DNA of 64,000 nucleotides from Mytilus edulis (Eukaryota): the NCBI RefSeq assembly GCF_963676685.1, contig NC_092353.1, positions 69,812,001 to 69,876,000 of the forward strand, read 5' to 3'. Of this stretch, positions 14,117-27,075 are shown in pieces. Every line of letters begins with the position of its first letter. Position 1 is the first letter of the stretch. A program made the position numbers and the translations under genes. The notes under the pieces are model-generated. The model searched no databases. It worked only from the letters and a program-made list of their open reading frames with translations, and was not told the DNA's origin.

Positions 14117-14803
14117 TATTATACCCCATGCAACAAAGTTGTCGAGGGTTTAATATTTTTGTCCCGTCCGTCAGTCCGCCAGTCCGTCAGTCCTGATTCT
14201 TGTCATAGCAACTCCTCAGAGACCATGCAGAGAATTTCATGAAACCTTTTTAGATAATAAGGACATACTATGTAGTTGTGCATATCGACTGGAAATTACG
14301 ATTTTTTTTCTAGTAGTTACGCCCCTTTGAACTTATTTTCTTCAGTGTACTACTGCAACAGTTTGTCATCGAAACTCCTCCAAAACAACACAACAGAATT
14401 TCATGAAACCTTTTTAGATAATAAGGACGTACTATGTAGATGTGCATATCGACAGAAAATAACGATTCAATTTTTTTTTCTAGAAGTTACGTCCCTTTAA
14501 GCTTAATTGATTTAATGTACTACTGCAACAGTTTGACATCGTGACTCCTCTGAAACCACACAACAGATTTGAATGAAAACTTTTTAGATAATAAGGACAT
14601 ACTATGTAGATGTGCATATCGACAGAAAATTACGATTCAATTTTTTTAGACGTTACGCCTCTTTGAACTTATTTGCCTCAATGTACAGGAAATTATGATT
14701 AATTTTTTTCTTATACAATTTCTTTTTTTTTACACTTGTTTTATTTCTCCAATGACAATGTGGGGACGTGGGGTATGTGAATGCGCTTACTTAGGTTCTT
14801 TAA
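14117..14803 (+). mobile_element. HINE/DINE-1/pearl-like (Helentron-associated) element with internal ~165-170-bp tandem repeats
   Basis: 5' TATACCCC...GAGGGT subterminal inverted repeat, GTCC-type microsatellite, about 3 core repeats, 3' GGGGTAT plus hairpin. Confidence 0.72.
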
Positions 14804-16867
14804 TCTTCTAGTAAAACTGTTCGATCAACAGTGAACGGGAGAGCTTTTTCGCTCTTTTTTTCTTGTGACAATACATGAAAAATTCAAACATAAATAGATG
14901 ATGTGGTATGATTGCCAATGAGACAACTGTCCACAAGATACCATAAGGACACAGACATTAACAACTATAGGTCACCGTACGGCTTTCAACAATGAACAAA
15001 GCCCATACCGCATAGTCAGAGCTTGTGCTCTTTGAAGTCTCATCTGGTCCCGGAAACGGGATGACGTAGTTAAATTCCTAAACTAAACGAGATTTACCTT
15101 GGTAAAAGTTGAAGTTCAGTTGGAATGTAACGTAGTCACCTTTAGTTGTAGGGATCAGATACCCTCTCGATATCCCCCCTTTTTTGTGATGTTGTACTTA
15201 GTACTTTTGTATGCACAAAGCCTTCGACATTGAAGAAGTTCAAATGCGCACGAGAAAGCCTCATTTATCTGCTAACTTAATTAAACAAGGCAAATGTGTT
15301 GTATGCATTTAGAAGGACAGACAGGACGGGAAGTTTGGAAGTATGGATGTAACTTATTTCAAACGGAATAGCACATCTTCATTTTTGTGGAGATGTTGTT
15401 TACCGAGTTCGGAAATTGAGACACGATCCGGATAAACTTATCATTCCTTTAAAAAAAATCATTGTAAAAGTGTGTCAATCTAACGCTATAAATATATCTT
15501 TGAATGCTGTTTTCATTGGTATTAGTTTGATACTGTTATAAGTGAATTAAAATCAGATTAAATATCATTTTTATATTCAGAAGCACATTCATGGCTCTAC
15601 AATCTTTCGATGCCTGTATATTGGCATTGCGCAAGGTCATGATTTTCTGTAACTGTTAATGACGTATTTACAGTAAATCCATTGGTTGTTGGATGTGTAC
15701 TGATTGATACTTAAGTCTTAGATGCATAATTTTTATACAAGTTTTAATTGGCTTTGAACTAGCTGTCAGTAAGTGCAAGTACTCTCAGATCTGTACTTCT
15801 TTTTTTTTTTTTGTAGCAATGTATATGTATCCGTTTACATCCACTCTGTGTTTTGTTCGATGATATTCTACTTTGTATCCATCTGATGGGTTAAGCCCTT
15901 TGCAACTAGTTTTTAGTTTGTTTTATGTTGTACTATCGCACCACTGTTCCAGGTTAGGGATGGGTTGGCGCCTTCAAACTAGTTTGACCCCACCACATAC
16001 TTTATAATCTTATTCGAAGTTAATAGCCTGTAATTCAGTGTTTGTCGTTTATTGCTTCATACTAGTCTTTTGTTTATTCATTTGTAAGTAAACAAAGGTG
16101 TCAGTTTTTTCGTTTGGATTGTTTAACATTTGACATTTTGGGTCCTTTGATAGCTGACTATACAGTACTGATTTTACTTATGGTGAAGGAAGTACGGTGA
16201 CCTATTATTGTTAATCTATTGTCACGTATTGTGGAGAATTGTCTTATTGGCAACTATATCACACCTTTTTACATGTGTCCTTTTCATCCTTTACACCAGT
16301 ATTCTTTATTCTAAACTGAAAGATCAATCAAAATGATTAGTCCATATTTGTTTCATAGAAATGAATGATTATAACAGATTTCTGATGTATACTAAATGAT
16401 AAAGTATGTCAAATTAATTTTACCGTATTAATCAAAACCCGAATTGTAAAAAAAAGAGATAGCAACAAAAAATATCAAGAATCTATTCAGGTTATAGATT
16501 CCGAATCTTGTACAAGTTGACGAGATTTTCTGTTATCAAGGAAACATATTTTTTTCTCGATTGGCAGTCTTCATTTTTCTTTACCCAAAGAAAAACCTGG
16601 CAATTTAAACGAACATAACGCATGTAACGTTTCGGCTTCAAGGTAAATTCAAGTAAAAAAAATAATAACCCAAATTTGCATTGTTTATAAAAATTTAGTT
16701 ACAAATTGAGAAATTAATCATAAAAAACTAAATTTCAAAAATATTGAAAAAAATGTCAACGAAAACAATTTAGACATGATATATTTAGGCTGTTTAATTG
16801 TACTTTAATAGCAGAAACAAATTCCATGAAAAACAATATATTCACTCACTAAAGTGTACACTTAACA

Positions 16868-17775
16868 AAACTTTTGAAATACTAGGACTTTTCTACCTCA
16901 GGAATTATAGATTACCTTTAGTTACCTGTATTTGGCAAAACTTTTAGGAATTTTTGGTCCTCAATGCTCTTCAACTTTGTACTTTATTTGGCCTTTTTAA
17001 CATTTTTTTTATGTGAGCGTCACTGATGAGTTTTTTGTAGACGAAACGCGCGTATGGTGTCAATATAAAATTGCAATCCTGGCATCTATAGTGAGTTTAT
17101 TTACAACCACTGGGTCGATGCCACTTCTGGTGGAGTTTTAATTTTCCGAGGGTATCGCCAGCCCAGTAGTCAGAACTTCTGTGTTGACTTGAGTTATCAT
17201 TGATATATTCGTAATTATAAATTATCTGTTAACAAAACTTTGAATTTTTGAAATACTAGTGCGTTTCTACCTCAGGAATAGATTACCTATAAGTTAGCTG
17301 TATTTGGCAAAACTTTTAGGATTTTTTGGTCCTATATGCTCTTCAACTTCGAACTTTATAAATATTTGGCCTTTTTAACATTTTTATGTGAGCGTCACTG
17401 ATGAGTCTTTTGTAGACGAAACGCACGTCTGGTGTAAATATAAAATTTCAATCCTGGTATCTATGATGAAGTTATTTACAACCACTGGGTCTATGTCACT
17501 GCTGCTGGAGTTTTAATTCCCCGAGGGTTTCGCCAGCCTAGTAGTTAAAACTTATGTGTTGACTTGAGTTATCAAAACTTTGAATTTTTGAAATTCTAGG
17601 GCTTTCCTACCTCAGGAATATATTACCTTAGCTGTATTTGGCACTACTTTTAGGAATATTTGGTCCTCGATGCTCTTCAATATGTTCAACTTCGTACTTT
17701 ATTTGGCCTTTTAAATATTTTTTTATTCGAGCGTCACTGATGAGTCTTTTGTAGACGAAACGCGCGTCTAGCGTA
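16868..17775 (+). mobile_element. Tandem non-LTR retrozyme array (family 1), ~2.5 monomers with three type I hammerhead ribozymes
   Basis: CTGATGA-stemII-GAAA cores start at 17023, 17398 and 17737 (spacing 375 and 339 nt) inside direct tandem repeats. Confidence 0.9.
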
Positions 17776-19322
17776 ATAAATCAATAACTGCATTCTTATT
17801 CCACAAAAATAAAGTTTAAGTATTTTAATTCTCATCATATCCCAATACTGATAAGAAGACTTGTCTCAAGATGGTAAAAATAACTGATTTAAAATAAAAT
17901 AGTATCATTTTTGATAAAAAGAAGAATAATTTTGGTTATCTTAAACAATGTGAACAAAATTTTAGTATGATTTTTCTGATATTGTTTTAATTTTATGAAA
18001 AAAAGCTATTCTAAACTATAAAAAGGACAAAAATCCAATGGTGGTCAATAATTTTCAGTAAAATGAAGAAGTATTTGCATTTTAGGCAACGCGTACAAAA
18101 ATTTAATGTATTTTTCCTTAAAGTAAGCATATTTTATGAAGAACAGCCAATTTTGATGTACAAAAAGTACTGAAATCATATGACAGTTAGTAATTTGTAT
18201 CAAAATAAATCAATAATTGCATTCTTATTCCACAAAAATAAAAGTTTAAGTATTTCAATTCTCATTATATCTCAATTCTAATTAGCAGACTTGTCTCAAG
18301 ATGGTAAAAATAACTGATTTCAAATACAATAGTATCATTTTTGATAAAAGGAAGAGTAATTTTGGTTATTTTAAACAATGTGAACAAAATTGTAGTATGA
18401 TTTTTCTGACATTCTTTTAATTTTATGAAAAAAAAGCTATTCTAAACTATAAAATGTACAAAAATACAATGGCGGTCAAAAATTTTCAGTAAAATAAAGA
18501 AATATTTGCATTTTAGGCAACGCGTACAAAAATTTGATATCTTTTTCCTTAAAGTAAGCATATTTTATGAAGAACAGCCAATCCTGATGTACAAAAAGTA
18601 CTGAAATCATATGACAGTTAGCAATTTGTATCAAAATAAATCAATAACTGCATTCTTATTCCACAAAAATAAAAGTTTAAGTATTTTACTCAAATCTAAT
18701 TAGAAGAATGCAAGATGGTAAAAATAACTGATTTCAAATAAAATAGCATCATTTTTAATAAAAAGAAGACTATTTTTGGTTATTTTAAACAGTGCGAATA
18801 AAATTTAAGTATGATTTCTCTGACACTCTTTTAATTTCATGAAAAAAAACTATTCTAAACTATAAAAATCGAATGGCGGTCAATAATTTTCAGTAAAATG
18901 AAGAAATATTTGCATTTTAGGCAACGCGTACAAAAATTTAATATCTTTTTCATTAAAGTAAGCATATTTTATGAAGAACAGCCAATCTTGATGAACATAA
19001 AGTACTGAAATCATATGACGGTTAATAATTTGTATCCAAATAAATCAATAACTGCATTCTTATTCCACAAAAATAAAAGTTTAAGTATTTTAATTCTCAT
19101 TAAATATCTCAATTCTAATTAGCAGACTTGTCTCAAGATGGTAAAAATAACTGATTTCAAATAAAATAGTATCATTTTTGATAAAAAGAAGATTAATTTT
19201 GGAAATTCTAAACAATGTGAACAAAATTTTAATATTATTTCTTTGACATTCTTTAAATTTCTTAAAAAAAACAACCGATTCGAAACTATGAAAAGTTCAA
19301 AAATCCAATGGCGGTCAATAAT
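17775..19322. repeat. AT-rich tandem array, ~430-bp monomer, about 3.6 copies
   Basis: aataaatcaataa.tgcattcttattccac recurs at 17775, 18204, 18635 and 19039. Confidence 0.92.
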
Positions 19323-20227
19323 AGCTATAAAAGGTGTTTAAACTATTGCGGAAAGATCAGTCGTATTATATTGCGAATTTCAGAATATGATTTACGATTT
19401 TCGTAGGAGGAAGTTAATATTAACAGAGTCATATAATATAATTATGTATTATATGTCTCTGATGTTAACAATCTTTTATACAAAACTATTAATCAACACA
19501 AACACTTTAACGCTCTAAGCATCTTATTCTGTTATACTATTTTCACTTTTTTATTGCAACTTATTTTATTACAAATTAACGTGCAAATTAAGTGTCTTCG
19601 TAGAGGTCCGCGTTCAGCGATTTGACACTGTGGAGTTCGGTTTACATAAGAATTTTATATTTATATACGTATCCATCCGATCCGTGCATAAATTTAATTT
19701 ACTGATCGATCGGTGACAGTTGTCAGGGTAACTCTCACATAGGTTATTTGACTTATCTGACGGATCCTATGGGTCACCGATCACTGATCACTCATCGATC
19801 AGTCAAACATCCGTCACCGATCATTCACCGATCAGTCAAGTTCACGTCAAACAGTGACGCCTAAGGCTGCAAGTACTGTATTAGTCAAAATCTTTTAGGA
19901 ATGTTTGGTCCTCAAATTCGAACTGTCTTTTTAACATTTTTTTATGGGAGCGTCACTGGTGAGTCTTTTGTAGACGAAATGCGCGTCTGGTGTCAATATA
20001 AAATTTCAGTCCTTGTATCTATGGTAAGTTTATTCATTAATAAATAGTACAAATTATACTATGCAAAATTTGGAAACAGATTATTTCTTTTTTATTTTGT
20101 TCTTGACACACGCAAAACGTGTTTATTTAAGTAAAAAAAACTTAAGCCTCTTTGATTAGAAAGCGCATTTGAGAAAGAACAACATACACTTCGTACTTTA
20201 TTTAGCTTTTTTAACTTTTTTGGATTC

Positions 20228-20273
20228 GAGCGTCACTGATGAGTCTTTTGTAGACGAAACGCGCGTCTGGCGT
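20228..20273 (+). ncRNA. Intact type I hammerhead ribozyme (family 1) in a ~125-bp retrozyme insertion
   Basis: CGTCA-CTGATGA-GTCT(tttgt)AGAC-GAAA-C(GCGC)G-TC^TGGCG. Predicted cleavage after 20267. Confidence 0.92.
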
Positions 20274-20749
20274 ATATATAAAATTTAGTCCTGGTATCTA
20301 TGATGAGTTTATAAACACATTATCTAAAATATAACAGCAGCTATTGTAAAGCAGGTGCAATAATTCCTTTTATCCTCACAACAAAGAATTTATCACATTA
20401 GATTTACGAGCAATATGTAATAATGAGTTTTAGAGCTTGTTTCCTGCTTTTATCAGTAACATTTTCACATCCTGAATAAAAATAAAAATTGTTAAGAATT
20501 GTTATTACTATCTTGCTTATCACTTTCATAATAATTCCCTATACATTAAACCCTTTCTACGTCTTACGCATGACAATTCAAACCAAAACAAAAAATATGG
20601 GTATATTAACATACTGATGTGCTAGTCGTGTATGTAATCAAACATTTATTATACCGCATCATTTCATTTTTTTAAATAGTACAAAGTTTCTTCAGGATAT
20701 ATACAAATAATTTAACAAAATTGTTTGTGATAATTAAATAGGACAAACA

Positions 20750-21685
20750 ATGGATGCTTTTGACATTTGGACTGTTTTAATTTGTTTTATTTGTCTAATT
20801 CTAAATATTATTTCAGTTGCCGATTTAGTGAGTTCAAAAAAATTAAATATGTCAAAGTTCAAGACACTTGTATTATGTTAAAGCATCAGTGATATAATAG
20901 TGGTGTTAGAAGGTCTGTCTTTTGTTATTATAAGATACACTGATAACGGAAAAGACACCGTTGAATATGTATGTGCCGCACTGAAACACTTCATGGCTGG
21001 CACGTTTATTTTCTCATTGTACCAGTGCTTTATGATCTGTTTAGATCGTCTAAATGCAACATTTGCCACTAATAAACGCACTTTACGTATACTTACGTCA
21101 CGTAGAGGAATATTCACTGGCTTTGTTCTGATACAAGTTGTAACGGCTTTGCATCTTGTTGATGATATTACGCGAGGACACAAACCGTGCACAACTCCGT
21201 CGATCTCGGTTCCTAGCTTTGTCCTTGTTTTTGATTTACCTGTTTTACTTTTGTGTGTAGTGATCGTCGGAGTTTACGTAGTGATAATTTTTCGTATAGT
21301 TAGACAACAATCAATAAATGAGACTCTAGGGTTAGGGAACGTCAGATCAGCTGATGCAATGAAGAAAAGTACAATTACACTTGGAATTATCATTGCTGTA
21401 TCACTGGTAGGAATTATGCCGAGAGTATTGCTTGCTGTTGTTTCGATGTTTACTGGAGAAACGTTCACAGACTTTTGGAGGACCCTAACTAATGTTTTAT
21501 TACTATTAAATCCATTATTGGATCCGATAATTTATGTCTTTTGTGTGAAGGAATTTGGAGACCATCTTAAATTAATTTGGTCAAAAATCAAAAACTCAAT
21601 CCAGCCTGTGAGTACTGTTGAAATTAGTGAGCATTCTTTAAATTCAATAGAAAGGTGTGACCATGAGGTACTTGAATCTATATAA
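20750..21685 (+). pseudogene. Rhodopsin-class (class A) GPCR paralogue with premature stop
   Basis: 936 bp, colinear with 34073-35008. Codon 44 is TAA (20879-20881) where the paralogue has TTA (Leu). LSISD, CLDRL and DPIIY motif regions are otherwise retained. Confidence 0.88.
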
Positions 21686-21840
21686 TTTATTTGATTGGCT
21701 CAATAATTTGTCAGGAGATAAGACGCATTCTTTTCGGTTATTAGTTATTATTAGTTAAAGTTTTACCTTCTTATTTCTTTTCTATCTGCAATTTGACAAA
21801 GAGTTATTAACAATCATGTAAAATCAAATACACTTATATA

Positions 21841-22853
21841 TGTAGGACTCAAATCTATGGTGGGTTCCAAATCTATGGCAGATTCCTAATCTATGGTAAA
21901 TGTGACGTCATGCCATCCCAAATCTATGGCAGATTTTTTACAATCCTAATCTATGGCAAGTTTTGTAGTTTCCTAATCTATGGCGGATTTTTATTGTTTC
22001 CAAATCTATGGCATTTTTTTTGCAAATGGAAAACAATGCAGTACATTTTCAACCAATGACTTGTCTTAATAAAGAGGAAATATACGACAACGGGAACATG
22101 TCTATAAACATTTGTGAAATAAACATTCCATAATGGTCAACTAAAAAAAGTCATAAATTATAAATTCATAAACCTTAATACAGACTTCAAGATGAAATGA
22201 TGTGCTCTGTAAAAAATAAAAAATAAATTAATCTGTGCATTGTATCTGTTTAACCCATTTATTAAACCAACTAATAAGTCTTTTAACAAACAAGAAGACC
22301 GCTTTTTATGAAAAAAATAAATAGAAAAGTAACAAATAAAAATAAACAGTTTGAATTTTCAAATAATATTTATTTCAGCGATATCGTTTATTCATCTTTT
22401 TTATTTGATGTGGATTTAAATCAAATTTGTATCCGGTAATTTGATCTTTCACTTTATAAACTTTGCCAACCGTAGACTACTACCAAAACTCCTTTTAAAA
22501 AATATGCGATACTGAAAATTGCGGTGCATGTACCGGTACAGCACATCTTGTCCCTCTTCGAAATAGTAGCTAGGTCACATCTTCCTTTAAACCACCAGCA
22601 AATTTTTGTCAGGAAAATAACTTTATCTTGAATCGTGTTTAAATCTATGGGTTCCGCCATCGTTAGCGGTGGCGAAGATGTAATATGGTGTTATTCAATT
22701 GTGACGTTATCTCTCTCCCCCAGATCTGCCATAGATTTGGAGAAAACAAAAATCTGCCATAGATTTGATTTGTTTGGCGTTTGTAACGTCACATTTACCA
22801 TAGATTAGGAATCTACCATAGATTTGGAACCCGCCATAGATTTGAGTCCTACA
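21841..22853. mobile_element. Non-autonomous foldback-type TIR element
   Basis: ~70-bp TIRs (TGTAGGACTCAAATCTATGG... / ...CCATAGATTTGAGTCCTACA). AATCTATGG repeated 7x in the left arm and 5x inverted in the right arm. Flanked by TATA on both sides. Confidence 0.9.
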
Positions 22854-24029
22854 TATATTTTGCTGCTATGTTTAAAACGACGATTGTTACTGAAAGGCGT
22901 TTTTTGTGTATTGTTTGTTTAATTTCAATTATGTGATGTATTGTTGTAGGCCTAAACTACTACACATGCTGAAAGTTTATAAATAAAGACAACAGTAGTT
23001 TACCACTGTTCGAAATTCATTAATCGATCTCGAATGTTTCATTTCATTTTTAGTACTTTGATGAATATTATTTAAATTGATGTAAATTTAATGTGATCAA
23101 TTTAAGCCCCTGTAATAAATATATAATTTTACCACTGCATATAGGTGATTCGAAATGTATCCACTCGATCGAGACAGTTTTTAAACTATTATGTGAAAAA
23201 TGAAGAAAGCACTGTCTGTATGTTTTGACCGTACGTACATGTATATCCTGTTTTGTAGAACTTTTTGCATCGCTTGTTTACATCGTAAAGGGTGCTTTCA
23301 TACACACTGGCGTTCCAAAGTCGTCAACGCTATTTTTGAGAAGACCCCTAAAAGCGACCGTTTCCAATGCACTCGTCGTAAGAAGCATACGTTAAAATAT
23401 GCACACTGTTAAAGGCCGAGCCACCTTAAATAGTTAAAATTTAACTGTCAGGAGTTGTTAATAGTGTATTGCACGCGATGTGATGGTGGTATCTGTTTCT
23501 CTAACGATTTTGAAACAATATGAAGACAATATTATTACTTCTTTTCGATTGATCTGCAAAAAGATATGTTCTTTCCATTTGACGTCATCAGGCATGGTCG
23601 CCTTTTTTCATGACGTCACAACAGAAATTCAGAGGAAAGCAAAAACATTTGCCGTCATATTCGAATTTAAACCAACGAAGACCTGAGATCAAATGAACCA
23701 TACGTTGATGAAATAAAAATAATCAACAGGTCAGGAAAATAAATCTTGTAAGAATTCACGTCTGATGAGGTAAACTTATCGAAATATTCTTCTAGAGTGG
23801 GTGCAATGTATATATCTGCCCAATATAGATTAAACTGTTGGTTTTCCTGTTTGAATGGTTTTACGCTAGTCATTTTTGGGACCGTTTATAGCTTGCTCTT
23901 CGATGTGAGCCAAGGCTCCGTGTTGAAGACCGTACTATGGTCTATAATGGTTTACTTTTACAAATTCTGACATGGATGGAGAGTTGTCTCATTGGCACTC
24001 ATACCACATCTTCTTATATCAAATTGATT

Positions 24030-25210
24030 AATAACATTTTAGAAATTTTTTTATCACCACACCAATAATCCAACATTAAGTACACCGTTTCGCAGACAAA
24101 GAGAAGAATACTGGATCAGAGATTAGGTACTGCAACACATTATGAATGTAACGATTAATAGATACTGTAGGTAATTTGAGTAGCCCTATCTGTAGTTCAG
24201 TGAATGTGATGGATTTATTCAATAGGTCTCTTCGTCGGCCGAGGAGTCATGGACATCGTCGCTATAATCCACCTGATAAGCTTGATGTTTCTATAGATGG
24301 CCTTGCCGAAAATATCAATAAACCTCTTGGAATTCATCACATTCGCTCGAAACTGTACTCACTTTCTAGACTGAACTCTCTATTGAAAGCGTGTGAAGAA
24401 TGACACGCTACTTGTCATACAAGTGAGAAGTTTAGCTAGCTATACAACCAGGTTCAATCCACCATTTTCTACATCAGAAAATGCCTGTACCAAGTCAGGA
24501 ATATGACAGTTGTTATCCATTCGTTTGATGTGTTTGAACTTTTGATTTTGCCATTTGATTGGGGACTTTCCGTTTTGAATTTTCCTTGGAGTTCAGTATT
24601 TTTGTGATTTTACTTTTTACGCTACAGATAGTCGATCTACAAAGTATAAAGTAGTTACCATGGTGATGGATATTGCTAACCATATATTATTCAGACCCGT
24701 TTTTGAACATTCGGAGGAACTGCAAAAATGTTCATTGTTAAATTTGAAGTTCACAAACAAGGGTATTGATGCTATAAATAGAAGTAATATTTTTTCACCA
24801 TAAAAGAATAAAAAGCAACATTCCTTCTTACCTTAAGGATCAATATTGGATTCCTAAGCTTCACAAGAATCCTTATAAGAAAAGGTATATTGCAGGTTCT
24901 TCCAAGTGTTCCACTAAACCCCTTTCTAAAGTTCTTACTGCCGTACTCACTGCAGTCAAAGAAGGACTTCAGAAATATTCCGAAACGGCATATTCAAGAA
25001 GTAGTGTTTATCAGATATGGATACTAAAAAATTCAAAAGAGTTGAATTTACAATCTCAAGCATTAAAACATTGTACCAACATTAAAACCTTTTATTTTTT
25101 AACTCTTTATACCACTTTTCCACATACTAAACTTAAAGCTCGACTGAAAGAACTCGTCAGCTTACATGTATGTTTCTTTAACAAAAAGGTCACTACACGT
25201 TTTAAATTTT
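24030..25210 (+). mobile_element. Degenerate Penelope-like element with the GIY-YIG remnant upstream of RT (Naiad-type order), interrupted by a short interspersed repeat at ~24410-24620
   Basis: YHHTNNPTLSTPFRRQREEYWIR.LGTATHYECND (~24052-24156) precedes WIPKLHKNPYKKRYIAGSSKCSTKPLSK...IKTF...TLYTTFPH (~24847-25125). Confidence 0.8.
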
Positions 25211-26684
25211 GTGTTTAATTATGCTTTAGCTAAAAATCGATTACTAGTAGTAAGACAATAACAATCAAAACTAAGCAATAAACAAAGACTCACAAAGCCA
25301 AAGGACATTTAAATCAACTGTTATAAATAAGAAATAAGAAACAACACGAACTCCACTAAAAATCGGGAGTGAAATCAGGTACTCCGTATACGGCATCTGT
25401 CGTGTAATTACTTTGTACAGTCCGGTAATGAAGACAGATACATTTAAAACGTTACGATAAACACAGGTCAAATCAAGAACATACTTTACTTGAATACTAA
25501 AAAAAAGGAAATCTACAAGCAGGTGGACTCAAAATAAGAAAAAGAACAATGTTGACCTCACGAACTGACTACTTTCATGTTTAACAGACATGCGCTACCC
25601 ATGCCAAATAAATGAATAATATTGGTAACCAATTTGACTTATTGAGAAAATAAAAGCTAAATAACTTGTCTTTATGATAAATATGCGAGTTCGATAGCGC
25701 TTTAAATTGAGTAGTTCTGCATCCTCTATCTGAAACTTTAGGCTGGATTGTGTAAAATAAATAACGCCTAGATAATGTGGTTTAGATTATTTGTTTATTT
25801 TATGGCTTTTTGTTTTCCTTTACTTTTAATATGATTCAAAACTTTTGATGAAGTGGCCTTTCCAAATCATTTTGTCGAGAGGCCGAAGATTGCATAAAAA
25901 AGTGTCTTGTGCACTGTAATTGTTATCACAAGTTAAAATCCAGATTAGTAACCGTGCTTCGTACATTGATCTATAATGGTTTACTTTTTTAATTGTTATT
26001 TGGATGGAGAGTTGTCTCATTGGCACTCACACCACATCTTCCTATATCTAGTAAACTCCATTTCTTCACGATTAACACGTTAACATGCAGATTGTAAAAA
26101 TGATATTCTTTTTCAACCGTCTTCCTAGAAAAACTAAGAGAAACATTTAGGGAAGTTGGGAAAATGGACCAAAAACAACACAAACAGCGGAATTTAGAAA
26201 ATGAGAACTCCCGTGCCAACCCTCACTTAGAGACGAAAGTTTGTTAAGGAAAACATTATGACATCAGAATAGAGAAAACCAAAACATATATATGCGTCTC
26301 GAATTTTATATAACTTCAAAATATGATTTTTTTCTTAAATCCGAGCTGAACTTCTGTACCCAAATTATTATGTTGTGATACTCCCCCCACCCCTCCACCC
26401 CTACCTCGTGCCATAATGACTTAAGAACATTTACATCCGTTTTCTTGGTATTTTTGATGCTGGACTATATAATCTATTTGTAAGAAAGAAAAGGAATAGA
26501 TTACAAACAGATGCGTACATTTACAAAAATGAGTGTTATCTTTCAATTTGTTATTGATCTCATCCTATATTTCATAGGACTTTGTTACACCCATATATTA
26601 AAGAGGTATGTTAGCAGTTCACATAACCTCAAACTGATTTATATTTGCGAGGAATTTAGATCAAATTGAAAGTTGCCTGAGAAG

Positions 26685-27075
26685 ATGAAACTTAAGACAA
26701 CAATAATGATGACAATGGGATTGACAAAACGTCCTCTCGATGTACCCTTCAAACACTTTATTACTTTTATAGTTCTAGGGGTATTTCCATTACTTGTCAT
26801 GGTCATTCATTGTGGTTCCTCTGGGTAGAGAACTAAAACATTAGTTAAATATGACGTAGAGAAGAATTTCTGGATCGTTTCGGAAACAACATCCTTGGGA
26901 ACAGAAGTAGTTTCTTCTGCATTTGAATGTGCAAGTGTCTGTACCAGAACAGAGAAGTGTTGTAGTACGGTTTAAAGTAATTTTTTCAGAGAATGTGAGG
27001 TTTATTCAGAATGCTGCCCAATCAGACAAAACAATACAGGAACACGTGTGATATTAAAGAACATTCCTTAAGAAG
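26685..27075 (+). pseudogene. Pseudo-exon of a secreted protein with a PAN/apple-like Cys-rich domain
   Basis: One frame: hydrophobic FITFIVLGVFPLLVMVIHC, then SAFECASVCTRTEKCCSTV*SNFFRECEVYSECCP. In-frame stops at 26826, 26973 and 27069. Possible donor AAG|GTAAT at 27075/6. Confidence 0.62.

Larger units (their letters stand above)
19875..23720 (+). repeat. Segmental duplication, copy 1 (copy 2 at ~33345-35650), containing the GPCR
   Basis: Colinear similarity upstream of, within and downstream of the GPCR. Copy 1 carries extra insertions. Confidence 0.85.

Noticed and set aside
20878-21468. Minus-strand ORFs over the GPCRs (also 34057-34392)
   Set aside because: Antisense shadows of the GPCR frame with no independent features.
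21851-22012. CRISPR-like array of AATCTATGG with variable spacers
   Set aside because: The repeat is only 9-10 bp, spacers are irregular, the array is mirrored in the opposite TIR, there are no cas genes, and the context is eukaryotic.
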